A stretch of DNA of 64,000 nt. Origin: a virus. Within the stretch, counting starts at the first letter, position 1; each line of letters opens with the position of its first letter. The notes below the pieces were generated by a model. The model was not told where the DNA came from, did no database searches, and was given only the letters and a program-made list of their open reading frames with translations. Location: positions 64,001 to 128,000 of the IMG/VR virus record IMGVR_UViG_3300035180_002574. One strand, given 5' to 3'. A program made the position numbers and the translations under genes. Positions 27,001-36,681 of the stretch are shown one piece after another.

Positions 27001-28179
27001 AAAAGCCGAATGAGATAGTGTGGGATTATTGGCGTCTGTAAAAATTACTCCGCCAATGGTAGATATAGCCCCAGAAGAATCAATGATTGGTGCATGTTGC
27101 AAATTGAATATGTTAATGATTGGAGGCAATACTTCACGTATAGATTTTAGATCTGTATATACCTGAACTGAAGTATCATCAATTACTCTTCCCAAATCTT
27201 TAGATTCATACTTAGCTTCTACTCTAACAAGCGAATGAATCGAAAAGTTTGAGTCTTGTAAAATCCTATCATTCAATTTTATTTGATTATCACCTAGTGT
27301 TACATAAGTAGAGGCGTAGCTTTGATCATATCTTGAATTATTTATTTGATAACCAAGCGCATTAATATCATACACATATTCTGGAACAAGAGCTGATTGC
27401 ACAAATGTTAAACTTACCAATTTAGTAACCGGCTGATTACTAAGGTTCAATATTAAATTATTAATATTGAATTTGCCAAGCTCGTCCACCGAATCAATTG
27501 ATAATACTTCTGTATTTACTTGTTTTTGCAGGGTGACTGGAGATGACCCAAAGAAATCGTAGCTATCAGTTAGAGTAACTTTTGCTTGTGTTGGAGAAGT
27601 ACCCACTCTAATTATTTCATAAGCACTTTCTTCATTTAATCTATCAAAAGGACCATCACTACGAATTTTTTGCTCGTCTATTATAGTATGAGTAAGATAA
27701 TTTTCATTTACACTTTGCTTAATATCATAAAGTGCTTTTGATAGAACGGTTGATAACGCATTTAGATATTTACTAACTAATGTGTTGGGATCATCAAAAT
27801 TATAAATATTATCATGAAAATATGATTTTAAATAGTTGGAAACTGGATTATCTGATTCAAGCGGACCGTTTATTAAATACTTATTAGAGATCCCATCTTC
27901 AACAATTATTGCATCACCATTTATAGAAGTAAACTTATGATTCGTTAAAGAAATAAACTCTAAGTTATAAACTGCAAATGGGGTCAGTGGCTGACAAGTT
28001 ATAGATAATGTTGCTCCCAATATTTTTAATTGCAATACTTCTGGTATTGGAGTATTGAGCCCATCAGGATTTATCTTAACATTGGATGTTACCAAATTAG
28101 TAGTTAATGATGATGTAAAAACAACATCAATAGTGGTACTACTAGTTACATCTACGCTGACTATTCTTAGATTTTGCAT
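21079..28179 (-). CDS. 2366-aa baseplate wedge-like protein with Ig-like N-terminus and two LamG/ConA-like domains
   Basis: RERYRDAL...GPTI wedge-like motif; EGTFEEWI..WKIGDPHFVAASW..LFIDG and EGTIEFW..WVKGTWHRVKASY..LFVDG..LDNFRIS; follows baseplate J. Confidence 0.7.
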   Translation of the reverse strand: MQNLRIVSVDVTSSTTIDVVFTSSLTTNLVTSNVKINPDGLNTPIPEVLQLKILGATLSITCQPLTPFAVYNLEFISLTNHKFTSINGDAIIVEDGISNKYLINGPLESDNPVSNYLKSYFHDNIYNFDDPNTLVSKYLNALSTVLSKALYDIKQSVNENYLTHTIIDEQKIRSDGPFDRLNEESAYEIIRVGTSPTQAKVTLTDSYDFFGSSPVTLQKQVNTEVLSIDSVDELGKFNINNLILNLSNQPVTKLVSLTFVQSALVPEYVYDINALGYQINNSRYDQSYASTYVTLGDNQIKLNDRILQDSNFSIHSLVRVEAKYESKDLGRVIDDTSVQVYTDLKSIREVLPPIINIFNLQHAPIIDSSGAISTIGGVIFTDANNPTLSHSAFATEIPFRINSLPAMPGQYSIDYATGTVYVYGSDISRDGTGPFPPVATYNYKFNYKSEIDFVYDSDLKEIVALPLGSLLDFPGTIEFNYERVLVPDTDYSAALHTEILTERVGNNQVALNAFKTAKSPITNVFRIYNETTGEIYSLTRWNDNKIYYSYHNPPNIKSTTGERASFNDVVNEVLFVNSTLVNLSSTKIFKILLKNNTIVSASEDTIGFAFNTSVFFSYSNVFKSERWFDRDQNESSNINRLVDVGDYMIDYSNGIVYCAVSSTQGSDIGTISYKNDIIVPKSAHIISVEDIFYRINALSNKNKSFSYTSFDEGQIIPEVLEYSDELTLNNSTTNYQLYNSNVGVFLDSGFIAGITNQIKSVRGLYEYQDLLNNLHPINFSVSSTSSGFNISVGTITKQSFDVVAYDGTNYFIVLNENFTSLSPNITYSVSVVRTSDSAQLWDNSGVIVPGESVKLVLSGVNSPNVGDLVSVVYSFTINNLSRVIVDYNRGDLFVDYTYVADEIIVSYEYGDNVIDFRKNKNLPAGTTYYVSYKVGALRDALLKNFGTLINIPQLTNFDIDFDRERYRDALYAALSSFIKGPTITAMKNIGQTISHIEPVISESVFQGWTLGTSLLTPEQITTNGSFELVPGKFGNGVLVNSNSQSIQFPVNSNIRIEEGTFEEWIIPQWNGLDNDASLTFNIIRNNLPINPLQIFIGSEEAHPNSNIFSISKESVSFGKPNTNKDGVFIYYDKDPSGLFNRWFIEVLDGYVTTAGNYKIKINTDGKIYDSKSFNLPTPPNVHILTTTSGVTLTINSIPLINEGITFIADVEHYLLDFGQDKSKSRLSIYKDVSGYLNFRVYDKDQSSYHISADVSAWKIGDPHFVAASWKLNTINNKDEMHLFIDGFEVPNIIKYGQNLSPFLHEKYRTVDPEEIVGLITADIVGSVDLVTSVGSSVVTSSINFSAYNISSGDTIFIDETGFSPSGYTISSISGQSLTLSSVMPLSITNGRFSVNRTAINVSSEIDIATNITVSTISSALNNNDLFTVAGTNVVTSSGTNFSTNNVLPGYSLRIDAPGLQKIFTIVQVSGTSLTLLDNVTLSLSNATYHIYPNTEKEIPGMRAVRPSYSVSKDVNNNNLLVLSNNIYANDLVILRTLGLNFRKIKRQYYVWADGYENVLMTRMPAPISLDAVNINKIILPPTLISSSNSTYSGGVFYSDNLPASQPISSTTGRTLSATINGSNTDFSTPVHVTIHGIVGATTVTETILFTNYGTLNFANSYSYVNYISVIAKPINVLRGALSVTIKEKYPVTHNESSLIYPTIQYSYVINAGYDLYSSGSAQVSDNSKLFSEFVNGNYLFITSPGAAAGYYKITGVSADRKSLYLDRNVPVFINGVYQILNVSSYRSGLQNGFFTLEQANAPGKPFYLSAGFYDIEYFTYTSIRMNPQNNTRAHLGHDMFGNNNANCVIDETYLYSTMLTDTRVGETIPANQKSITKNFNSLKTVAKDSNTLMMLDFETFPFVNQADHYVRVGEIKNQFESSLAVNDNFGNSLVLLDEPIIVSNDGILDTRKEGTIEFWTSPLFDTGNDPNNRFYFDAYGAVTETVTSINNVSVKISSPAGKILKVVLAAGDPTLDYFAGGNLEIDTQNAIQEEGTSITNSMVVVSKPALQIISVKIVGDFSEKDYFGSGSIGDDRKTIYLGNTLPQNTLLLEVTYQPIENKNKLNSQIIRLGRKLPSQNSVVKVTYLPKGIQGDRISIYKDEFGYINFGVSASGKDFVVRAPTRWVKGTWHRVKASYKFNGGLGQDEMRLFVDGYEYTASVFGSSLLFGDFPILFGSSTTGDGYVITDNIRFKDPINQLVIGAQYNQSYPVFSLLDNFRISNISRPLYAPYGESIDVNYSSNIDMNFPVTPDLYTTYLLDFSESVVKVNDFTTLKNSANGNFDFSINILDSFGIVNSSTKVQEVLEKLIKTLKPANSRVFIQYTR

Positions 28180-31100
28180 TATCTGGTCTCGGTGTTAACG
28201 ATTATTGTATTTGGAGCAAGGTACTCGTCACCTTGAGCTTGGACACTTAATACCTGTCCAGCAACTCCGGTCTTGTTAAAATAAACTATTCTTGCTCTAG
28301 CCACTCCCTGAACTGATTGAGCGACGTTAATTAATGTAGGATTATCTATAATAGTGCCCATTTGAGAGGTTGTCATGGCAGTTATTAATTTATCTTTAAC
28401 AGATTGCACTACGGATGTTGCTGAATTCTTAAAACTATCAGTAAGAACTATGTTCAAAGTTAGATCCAGCAAAACTTGCTTTGCGCCCCTGACTATAACA
28501 TCAGCATTTATCGGTCTATTATTTTCTATTGCAAAAGTGACGGCAGAAATTAACTGATTATAATTAAACCTTATAGATATTCTTTCATTTTGTTTCGGCG
28601 CAAGATATCTATAGAACACAGTATATCTTGAACCTAAACTTGGCTGATTAAATGCGGTTAATGTTATCTTAGTAGCTTGTGATGTTTTGAATCCGCTAGA
28701 CACATAAACTCTATTAACTAAAACAAACTTTTTATTGCTATAAAGGGCGCCATTACGAGTATAAGATAAACTTTCACTGTCATTATCAGTTACATAATAA
28801 AAAGTAACTCTTAATTTATCTCCAATTTTAGGCAAATTAACTATATCAGTATTTAAAGTATTATTTACAGTATTTGGTAAAATAAAATCAAAAGATGTTA
28901 ATGTGCTATCTGATAATTCTTCATTTAAGTACAATAAATTATTTTGTACTTTTGTATTTTTAACATCATACGTTGCAGTGACCTCAAGCACTTCGTCGCT
29001 ATTAGCACTAACCGTTACTACTTTTTCTAATTTAGCAATTTTGGCAAGTCTAATATTGGAAGGAATTGTGGCGGCAGAGTTCAATCCTAATGATTTCCTT
29101 ACTGCCTCAGCAAGATTAAGTTTCAAACCCGTATTTGTTGCCGTGAAAACTACATCAGTGCCTTTGGCAATTGTGGTTCCAGCAATTGTTATTACCCCCG
29201 TATTTACTGTTTGATCGGTGGTGGTAGAAATCAGTCTTGCAGACCCCTTGCGCAAATTGTTGATGTTAAAAATCATTACATAAACTAAATCATTCGGTAA
29301 AGCAGCGGCTCCAGCCGGTAACAATAACTTATTATTTACAATATCTATTGTTCCATTATAATTCCAAACCTCTTTTCCATCTATTACTCTTAAAATACAT
29401 ACTTGATCTTGGGTAATATGATCTAAAATATTTTTTATTGTTATAATGTTCGTGAATGGATTATATGCAATGATATCATAAACGCCATTATTATTTGGAT
29501 CATTGGCTTGAGAAATCTGTATTTTCTTTCCAAGAATATCATTAAGAGTATTGAAGTTTGTACTTAAGCTAGTAATGCTTCCAACACCATTAGATACGCT
29601 CATATATCCATCTGTTACCGAAAACAACGAAATATTGGTGTTTGGTTCAATTATTTTGAAATTCAGTCCTGAAAGCTGATTCGTTAAATAATTAATAGGC
29701 ACATAAAGCCTTTTAGTAGTTGGATCTTGAAGCAAATTATTTAACTTAGTAGACAACATTTGGTTGCCAAAACTAAATGGCTGAAATCTTCTCACATCCT
29801 GAGCATAATAAATTACCAATACCCTATCATTAACCGCAGGTGAATTAAATCCGCTCAATATAAGATGATAATTTCCACTAATGCCAGTGGTTATGCTACC
29901 AACATTATCGCTATTCCATAATAATTTTCCATCAGTTAATCTAACAATAGCCACAACTGATGAAGGAGCGAAGATAAAGTCATTTGCCACTAATGAGGTT
30001 TCTACATAATATTGATTGCTTAAATTCTTTTGAACAATCAAATTTTCGCGGCGCGAAATATTAGATATACTGAAATTAGTAAATCCATTATTATTAGATA
30101 ATGAAAATCCATTACCAGCCCTACTAATTGGTATGCTAGTTATTGCGGAGGAAACTAAATCAGTAACTGAAGCAATATATGTGGCAAGTAATACAATACT
30201 ATTTGCTGATGTGTGTATAGAAGAAGACGGAATGGTAATTTGAGTTCCATTACTACTACCAACTCCACTTACATTATTGAAAACATCTGTATTGTTTATT
30301 ATTGCTGTGGCGTAATCTCCTGCCACAGCAGTCGTATCACTTGGAAGTATAATGGTAACATTATATAAGACATTAATTCCCACAACATTTGTATTGTTAG
30401 TAAATGATCCGTCATTTTGTGCAGTAACATATATTTCTGAGTTGGAATTTTTTAAAGTGACTGATTTGATAGAAGTTGCAGGGAAAGCGAGATTATTTAA
30501 AGTTACCGACAATCTATTTACAAATATTCCGGAAGTTACTTTCACTACTGGAGCATCTACCTCTACAAACTGTTCTATTGAGACCACAGAATTAATGTTG
30601 TGAGAAGCCGTACCGACAAAAAAGTTCCCTCCACTGTTGGTAAATAAAATTCTTTCATTCTTAATTGATGAAGAGTATCCCCAATCTACGCTATCATTAA
30701 CTGTTCTTGGATTATAAGTATGTGTCAATCCATCATAATCTGCATATTGATCATAATCAACAACCCAACTATAATCTACCTGTAATAGGTCACTAGATGT
30801 TGGGAGAGTATTTCCAGAAATTTTTATTCTACCTGTAGTATTGAAAGTTCCGGTTTTATCTGGATTTTGATCTGCAACTAAATATCTTTCTCCCGTATTT
30901 ACATTAATAACTCGTGTTACATTGGTGGCTGGAGTATGAAGTAACTGTATAATAGATCTATCAGACGTTAACTTACTATTCTCGTTTGTTATTGAGATGT
31001 TTTGTGTAACCTTAGGAATCTCTAAAACATCAGAAAAAGTTGTAGAATCTTGACCGTTAAACTGACCTTTTATACGATCTTCATTAAATGAAACATTATT

Positions 31101-32270
31101 ATTTATCCATACGATTTTATCAAATCCCCATGGGCTTCCAGAATAAACTCCAGTATCTTTAACTAGATCATAATTACCAGATACTCTGCCAAATGAATCA
31201 ACGGATTTTGGTGCAAAATTACCGCCACTCAATGATCCGGTTACTTCTAAGATTTCATTAACTGGTTGAGAAGGCAATACGCCGTTTGCAATATTTTCAA
31301 CCCTTCTCTTATTTATTGTTTTCCCGGAGTCTCCAGGAATTTGTCCAAGAACAACATCATTTTTGGAGTTAGTTGGGTCGTTATTATTACTTTTATCTAT
31401 GTATATATATGAATCTGAATCTTCAACTAACGTTGAGCCCAGTGCTACGATATCTACTTTACCGCCAGACCCTTCCGATACAATAATTAATGAGCCATCG
31501 GCATTCTGTTTGGTAACAGTGCCATCTCTGGTCATAAGCGGGTTGCCGGGCTCAATAACAGCTACATCAGAGACCCCGGAAACACTCAAAGCAACATTCA
31601 AATAACCCAATGCTGTACCAACACTTGAACCGTTGAAAGACGCTAGTATTCTGTTTCGGAAATTAACATCGCTTTCTTGATCCACACCACCAGTAAATCC
31701 ATTGATGTTGGTAACATTTGAAACACCACTAATAGAAGTCCTAGATAATGCATATTTCCCGATATTACCAATTGAACCCGGACTACTTGCGATGACTGTT
31801 ATTTCTACAGCATATTGATCTGATATTCCAGCGAAATCTAGTTGGTCCCTATATTTAGCAGCTACTGATTTGTAAAAGTTTATTGAATTTGGATCAACGG
31901 TAGCTCCGTTAGCTACTTTAAAGGTAAAATTGTTATTGGCGTAAACTATATCACCCTTATTAATTGGAATGGTGGCGTTTATACTAGAAAACGTCATTAA
32001 AGCAACTCCGCTAGAAGACGCTGCCGACTTTCTAATAACTCCAAAATTCCTTGCCAACTTATCGAGATCGGAACCAACCACTAAACGCAATGATTGCTTG
32101 TTTGATGAGTCAGACAACTGATCATATAATAAAGCTACCTGAGATGCAACTCCATCAATCATCAAATCTCTAGCTACAGTTCCAGGCTTAGTATCTAAAT
32201 CTGGCTGATTTATTTTATAAAAGTCTAACAGACTATTAATAATTTCGTTTACGCTACGAATTGTTACCAT
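28179..32270 (-). CDS. Baseplate J / gp6-like protein with large insertions
   Basis: PGTVARDL, LDKLARNFGVIRK.A..SSG, GSIGNIG, FTGGVDQESD..FRNRI, GTALGY. Confidence 0.88.
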   Translation of the reverse strand: MVTIRSVNEIINSLLDFYKINQPDLDTKPGTVARDLMIDGVASQVALLYDQLSDSSNKQSLRLVVGSDLDKLARNFGVIRKSAASSSGVALMTFSSINATIPINKGDIVYANNNFTFKVANGATVDPNSINFYKSVAAKYRDQLDFAGISDQYAVEITVIASSPGSIGNIGKYALSRTSISGVSNVTNINGFTGGVDQESDVNFRNRILASFNGSSVGTALGYLNVALSVSGVSDVAVIEPGNPLMTRDGTVTKQNADGSLIIVSEGSGGKVDIVALGSTLVEDSDSYIYIDKSNNNDPTNSKNDVVLGQIPGDSGKTINKRRVENIANGVLPSQPVNEILEVTGSLSGGNFAPKSVDSFGRVSGNYDLVKDTGVYSGSPWGFDKIVWINNNVSFNEDRIKGQFNGQDSTTFSDVLEIPKVTQNISITNENSKLTSDRSIIQLLHTPATNVTRVINVNTGERYLVADQNPDKTGTFNTTGRIKISGNTLPTSSDLLQVDYSWVVDYDQYADYDGLTHTYNPRTVNDSVDWGYSSSIKNERILFTNSGGNFFVGTASHNINSVVSIEQFVEVDAPVVKVTSGIFVNRLSVTLNNLAFPATSIKSVTLKNSNSEIYVTAQNDGSFTNNTNVVGINVLYNVTIILPSDTTAVAGDYATAIINNTDVFNNVSGVGSSNGTQITIPSSSIHTSANSIVLLATYIASVTDLVSSAITSIPISRAGNGFSLSNNNGFTNFSISNISRRENLIVQKNLSNQYYVETSLVANDFIFAPSSVVAIVRLTDGKLLWNSDNVGSITTGISGNYHLILSGFNSPAVNDRVLVIYYAQDVRRFQPFSFGNQMLSTKLNNLLQDPTTKRLYVPINYLTNQLSGLNFKIIEPNTNISLFSVTDGYMSVSNGVGSITSLSTNFNTLNDILGKKIQISQANDPNNNGVYDIIAYNPFTNIITIKNILDHITQDQVCILRVIDGKEVWNYNGTIDIVNNKLLLPAGAAALPNDLVYVMIFNINNLRKGSARLISTTTDQTVNTGVITIAGTTIAKGTDVVFTATNTGLKLNLAEAVRKSLGLNSAATIPSNIRLAKIAKLEKVVTVSANSDEVLEVTATYDVKNTKVQNNLLYLNEELSDSTLTSFDFILPNTVNNTLNTDIVNLPKIGDKLRVTFYYVTDNDSESLSYTRNGALYSNKKFVLVNRVYVSSGFKTSQATKITLTAFNQPSLGSRYTVFYRYLAPKQNERISIRFNYNQLISAVTFAIENNRPINADVIVRGAKQVLLDLTLNIVLTDSFKNSATSVVQSVKDKLITAMTTSQMGTIIDNPTLINVAQSVQGVARARIVYFNKTGVAGQVLSVQAQGDEYLAPNTIIVNTETR

Positions 32271-32285
32271 GTTTTATCCTTAGAC

Positions 32286-32717
32286 TTATATTGTAGATAC
32301 CCTAAATGCTGTGGTAATTGGTTTAAGACCTTTTGTTAACGCTTTGATTTTTACATCTATAAACCTAGGGTCTATTTGATTCCTATTTACAGATATATCT
32401 AAAATGGCGCTAATTTGTTCATCTGCGCTTACTCTTTGTAGAGATTTTACCTGTAATTCCTGTAGGGATTTAAGATTATCCAAAGCTGTATTTAATTGAG
32501 ATTTAGAAATTTGAATAAGAACCGAAGTATTTTGAGGAGACCCGATAATAGTTCTAGACAAAAAAGAGCCATACCACGGAAACATGGGATTAGACCCAGC
32601 TGTGGTTAAGCACATCTTCAAAATATCTTGAATTAACTTCTCGCTATCTTGAACTGTTCTTAGATCCCCGTCCTGAATAACTAAGTCTCTATTAATAATT
32701 TTGAGATCAAAAGACAT
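32286..32717 (-). CDS. Baseplate gp25-like protein
   Basis: KLIQDILKMCLT..GSNPMFPWYGSFL; 143 aa; directly before baseplate J. Confidence 0.85.
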   Translation of the reverse strand: MSFDLKIINRDLVIQDGDLRTVQDSEKLIQDILKMCLTTAGSNPMFPWYGSFLSRTIIGSPQNTSVLIQISKSQLNTALDNLKSLQELQVKSLQRVSADEQISAILDISVNRNQIDPRFIDVKIKALTKGLKPITTAFRVSTI

Positions 32718-32779
32718 CCAACATTCTCCTACTCTTCTGGTATGTCGGATTATTAGATAAACCGGGGATTTATTGGGTA

Positions 32780-34501
32780 TTAAGAACCGGCTACTTGAAT
32801 TTGATCTTGATATAATTTATCCATTAAATTATAGAAATTACAAACATGTTCCATAAAAGAATTTTGCGCTTGCTTGATTGATGCTGGATAGGTGGATGGA
32901 GCTACTAATAACGCTAACTCATCTTTTGTAAATCCCAAAGCATTTTGCATTCTTTCTTGAGCATCCGCATCTAAAAACCCGAGTAGATCACCTTTAGGCA
33001 TAATATACAATGCTCCAGTTATGGCAATTACATCACATAAACCTAAACCACTATACTCTCCCATTATCATTTCAACAATTTGAAGAGATCTTGCCGCCTT
33101 TTCCATAGCTTTAGATCTTTGAGAGGTCAAATAATCTAAATTTTGCTGCGCTAAATCGCCTAGAGCAGTGTTATTATTAGCCCCGAATGTTCCATTAGGT
33201 TTGGTATTTTTCCCAGTATTTAGAACATTAGGACTTCCTTTAGCTTTATTTCCCTCATTAGAATATTTATTCAAAAGATTTTTAACAACAGCCCTCATTA
33301 TTTCGGCGTCTAGTTCTGTAACCAACTCACTATGATTTTGATAAAAATCTTTTGATATAAATACATCGTGAGATTTAGAGCCACCTTCAGGACCAATGGT
33401 ACTTGGAATTGGAACCCAGTAATACAGCCCCTGCACACTTTTAATAACATCCTGAGCTTCTACTAATTTTTCAATCATGACTCTACTTAAATTCAAAAAG
33501 TATGAAAATTGATTCTTTTCTGACATGGTTAAATTATTAGACATATCCATCGCTCTTTGCAACGTATCCTCATCTTTAATAGCATCTAAGGTGGTTGCCA
33601 AATTAACTACGAATTCTTGACTGGACCCCGCATCGGAAGCAAAACTACCTGCAGTAAACCTATTTCTAATTATTGTTTCTAACAATGGCGGATTTAGGAT
33701 TTTTTCATCGGATAACTTAGCGTAGGTCTCATCCGGCACAAAAGGCACAACTATCCTATTTTCTGCTGGAGAAATAGAAAAATCTATTATTGGATCAACC
33801 ATAAATGGTCTAATATAATGCGCCTGCTTTTTCAATATAGCTATGGTTTTATCTCCCGGACCATAACCATCTACATTCGTATAATTTTCCAACCTAATAC
33901 TGTCGTTAGTTCCAACAATAGATTCTAAAACAATATTATATTGTTGGTCTTTTAATTCAAAGTCAAATGCGTCCGCGTTTTGCATATGATCATTAAATTT
34001 CCTAACATTGGTTCCAGACAAAAGTGACAACACTCCGGCATCAATGCTGTTTTGTAAAGAAAATATCCTCATTAGTTCATTAGTATATTTCTCTCTAGCA
34101 AGCGATATCGTGCGGAATTTATCTCCAACATTATTAGCAATGTTAAGTTTCTGCGCATTATTTATAGTTTTCTTTTGCGTTCTGCCAGTAACATCATGTC
34201 CAGGATTATAATAAGAAGTTTGATCCTCCGCTACCACCGGGAATCCAAGTAAACGAAAAAATGCATGGCAACGACTTTCTTGTACTAATAGTTCTGGCTT
34301 AACCGCAGAGTTAATAGTTAAATACTTATCATTATCAAATTTCACTAATTGAGAGATGCTAGAAATATTGACCTTGCTTTTAATCTTATCTATAGATGAA
34401 ATAAAGGCTTGATAGATATCATCTATATTAAAATCATTTACGTCAAAATTTTGAGCATCCAAATAATTAGATTGATTTAGGATATTGTTTATATCAGTCA
34501 T
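32780..34501 (-). CDS. Hypothetical baseplate-module protein
   Basis: 573-aa ORF coupled within the structural operon; no recognised motif. Confidence 0.6.
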   Translation of the reverse strand: MTDINNILNQSNYLDAQNFDVNDFNIDDIYQAFISSIDKIKSKVNISSISQLVKFDNDKYLTINSAVKPELLVQESRCHAFFRLLGFPVVAEDQTSYYNPGHDVTGRTQKKTINNAQKLNIANNVGDKFRTISLAREKYTNELMRIFSLQNSIDAGVLSLLSGTNVRKFNDHMQNADAFDFELKDQQYNIVLESIVGTNDSIRLENYTNVDGYGPGDKTIAILKKQAHYIRPFMVDPIIDFSISPAENRIVVPFVPDETYAKLSDEKILNPPLLETIIRNRFTAGSFASDAGSSQEFVVNLATTLDAIKDEDTLQRAMDMSNNLTMSEKNQFSYFLNLSRVMIEKLVEAQDVIKSVQGLYYWVPIPSTIGPEGGSKSHDVFISKDFYQNHSELVTELDAEIMRAVVKNLLNKYSNEGNKAKGSPNVLNTGKNTKPNGTFGANNNTALGDLAQQNLDYLTSQRSKAMEKAARSLQIVEMIMGEYSGLGLCDVIAITGALYIMPKGDLLGFLDADAQERMQNALGFTKDELALLVAPSTYPASIKQAQNSFMEHVCNFYNLMDKLYQDQIQVAGS

Positions 34502-36660
34502 TATTCAGAACCTCCTGCATCTGCAAGATCAGATGCATCTCGACGAGGTGCTTGACCATCTGATTCATCACCGATTGCTCTATTAACGACATTGATTCCG
34601 TCAAGAGTATAGATAAACTTATAATCGAACGTTTGCAATGTATGTGTTGGAGGAGTAGTAATATCTGTAGGTAAAGTATTGGTACAAAAAATGTTATTAT
34701 CAAAAGAAATCATCAACTGACCAGATCCAGCTTTATCGCTAGTTAGATCCGCCGTAAAAAATTGATATCCATCATAGGAAAACTTAGATAAGGTTCCAAA
34801 TGTTGGATATCCAACAATTCTATTAGCTAAATTGGCAGCAACGCTTGACGGTAAATTTCTAGTTAGGTTTATTTGGTTCCTATCTCTAATATCAACACTA
34901 ATTTTTATTGGCAAGCTGGTGAATTGTATGGAAGGGTTTCCAGAAAATGTGCTATTACATGCATCGAATCCGATACCAATTAGACTTAATAAAGAATTGC
35001 TGGCATCATCTTTCAATTTATTTAGACAAGCATTTATTGTGGCTTGAAATGTTGCCAAGCCTGATACAGTTAAATCATTTCTGATAGCGGTCATTGCAGT
35101 ATTTAAACACTCAAGGGCTTGAGTTGGATTTGGAAATGCATCAGAATTCATGAAATGCAAAAGCTCTTGTAATTTAAGAGCGGCATCGCCGGCAAACATT
35201 TGATTAATGAATGTTCTATTTAACGCCAAATCTGGATGACATCCTAAAGTAACTAGATTTTTATTGATCAATACCTCAATACTTGGTTTGAAAGTATATT
35301 CAACATCATTAACAAATGCATATCCATCCGTTGGGTGAAGAGTCGGGGAATTATCAACATATGTTGGGAAATGCAAGAAATTCTCAATGCGCGCTTGGGT
35401 TCCTATTTGCGTAATACCGTCTGCGGCAAATCCTAGTAATGGAGTAACTCCATCATCCTCAAAACCAAATCCGCCTACTAAGTTTAAAGAACCGTTAGGC
35501 ATACTAACCGCACTATTATCATAACCGCTATAATAGGCATTTGGAGCGTGTGTAACAATACAATTATTGAAACGAATCCATCTTGTAGGACCTAATCTGC
35601 CATTCCACTGTGAAGGATTATACAACACCCTGATATCTACCAAATACGGGGCTTGTTTGGTTGGCGTAGAAGAATTATATGCCGAATCAGTTGGGAAAAA
35701 CACAGGTTTTGGATATGTTGTAATATCATATCCGTCAACTATGTTAATAAATCTCTGGGCTATATTTTGTGATGTATCAAAAATTTGCCAGCTTTCGTTT
35801 CTTACCGTAATAGTAAAGAAAGAGCTAAAAGCAGGGCTTTGTTGTACGGCATTGTAATATTGTAATGTTCCAGTGACTCTAGTATACGGCTGCTTAACTA
35901 TCTCTGGGCATACATCTGAGGTACTACAACCGTCCACGTTAGATGGATCAGAGCTATCACATGGGGGAATAGGAAAATTTAGCTTTAAAATATCTCTGAT
36001 TGCCTCAATCAATATATTGAAAAAAGAAAAAATAACAAATAGATTTTGAAACATACATAACATTGCACCAAGCTTTTTAGCTATTGCTAGCACAGAATCT
36101 TGGTTTGCAATTTGTATAGCTTTATTGAGTGCCAAAATGTTTCTAAGCATAGCTTTAACTAAAATAGCAACCTGTTCGATTATATATTCAACTAAAGCTA
36201 TCAATAGCATAAGTATAGAAATAATCATGACTATTATCGCAAACACCGGAAATAAAGCCAAGAATTGAGGCAAACAATTTCTAAATAATCTAGTCATTGC
36301 CCTAACCATTTTAAATGGATTAGGAATAGAACATAACACTTCTATAATACAAATGATAAGATTTAATGCTGGTAAGAAAAACTTATATAGCATTAAAAAT
36401 GGCATAAATTGGTCTAGTAATTTCATAATGCCATCGAACACATCTTTTCCAAAATTTGGATTTAATGCTGGTTTTAAAGTGCCGGGAGGAATAATAAATT
36501 GTAATTTATTTAAGATATCCAGCAAGTCTTCTGGAAAACCATCTGGGAACGGGCTAATATTTGGAACATTTGGAGAATAAGGAACTCCAAAACCAGGAAT
36601 GGGAGGTCCACTTGGCACAGTAGTCGTATCAATTGTTACATCGTTTGGTGAACAGGGCAT
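34501..36660 (-). CDS. Virion-module protein with long hydrophobic helices and a C-terminal Ig (Big-1-like) domain
   Basis: Pro-rich N-terminus; three or more hydrophobic segments; C-terminal SIQFTSLPIKISVDIRD..FTADLTSDKAGSGQLMISF. Confidence 0.6.
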   Translation of the reverse strand: MPCSPNDVTIDTTTVPSGPPIPGFGVPYSPNVPNISPFPDGFPEDLLDILNKLQFIIPPGTLKPALNPNFGKDVFDGIMKLLDQFMPFLMLYKFFLPALNLIICIIEVLCSIPNPFKMVRAMTRLFRNCLPQFLALFPVFAIIVMIISILMLLIALVEYIIEQVAILVKAMLRNILALNKAIQIANQDSVLAIAKKLGAMLCMFQNLFVIFSFFNILIEAIRDILKLNFPIPPCDSSDPSNVDGCSTSDVCPEIVKQPYTRVTGTLQYYNAVQQSPAFSSFFTITVRNESWQIFDTSQNIAQRFINIVDGYDITTYPKPVFFPTDSAYNSSTPTKQAPYLVDIRVLYNPSQWNGRLGPTRWIRFNNCIVTHAPNAYYSGYDNSAVSMPNGSLNLVGGFGFEDDGVTPLLGFAADGITQIGTQARIENFLHFPTYVDNSPTLHPTDGYAFVNDVEYTFKPSIEVLINKNLVTLGCHPDLALNRTFINQMFAGDAALKLQELLHFMNSDAFPNPTQALECLNTAMTAIRNDLTVSGLATFQATINACLNKLKDDASNSLLSLIGIGFDACNSTFSGNPSIQFTSLPIKISVDIRDRNQINLTRNLPSSVAANLANRIVGYPTFGTLSKFSYDGYQFFTADLTSDKAGSGQLMISFDNNIFCTNTLPTDITTPPTHTLQTFDYKFIYTLDGINVVNRAIGDESDGQAPRRDASDLADAGGSE

Positions 36661-36681
36661 TATACTCTTTTATATATCAAC

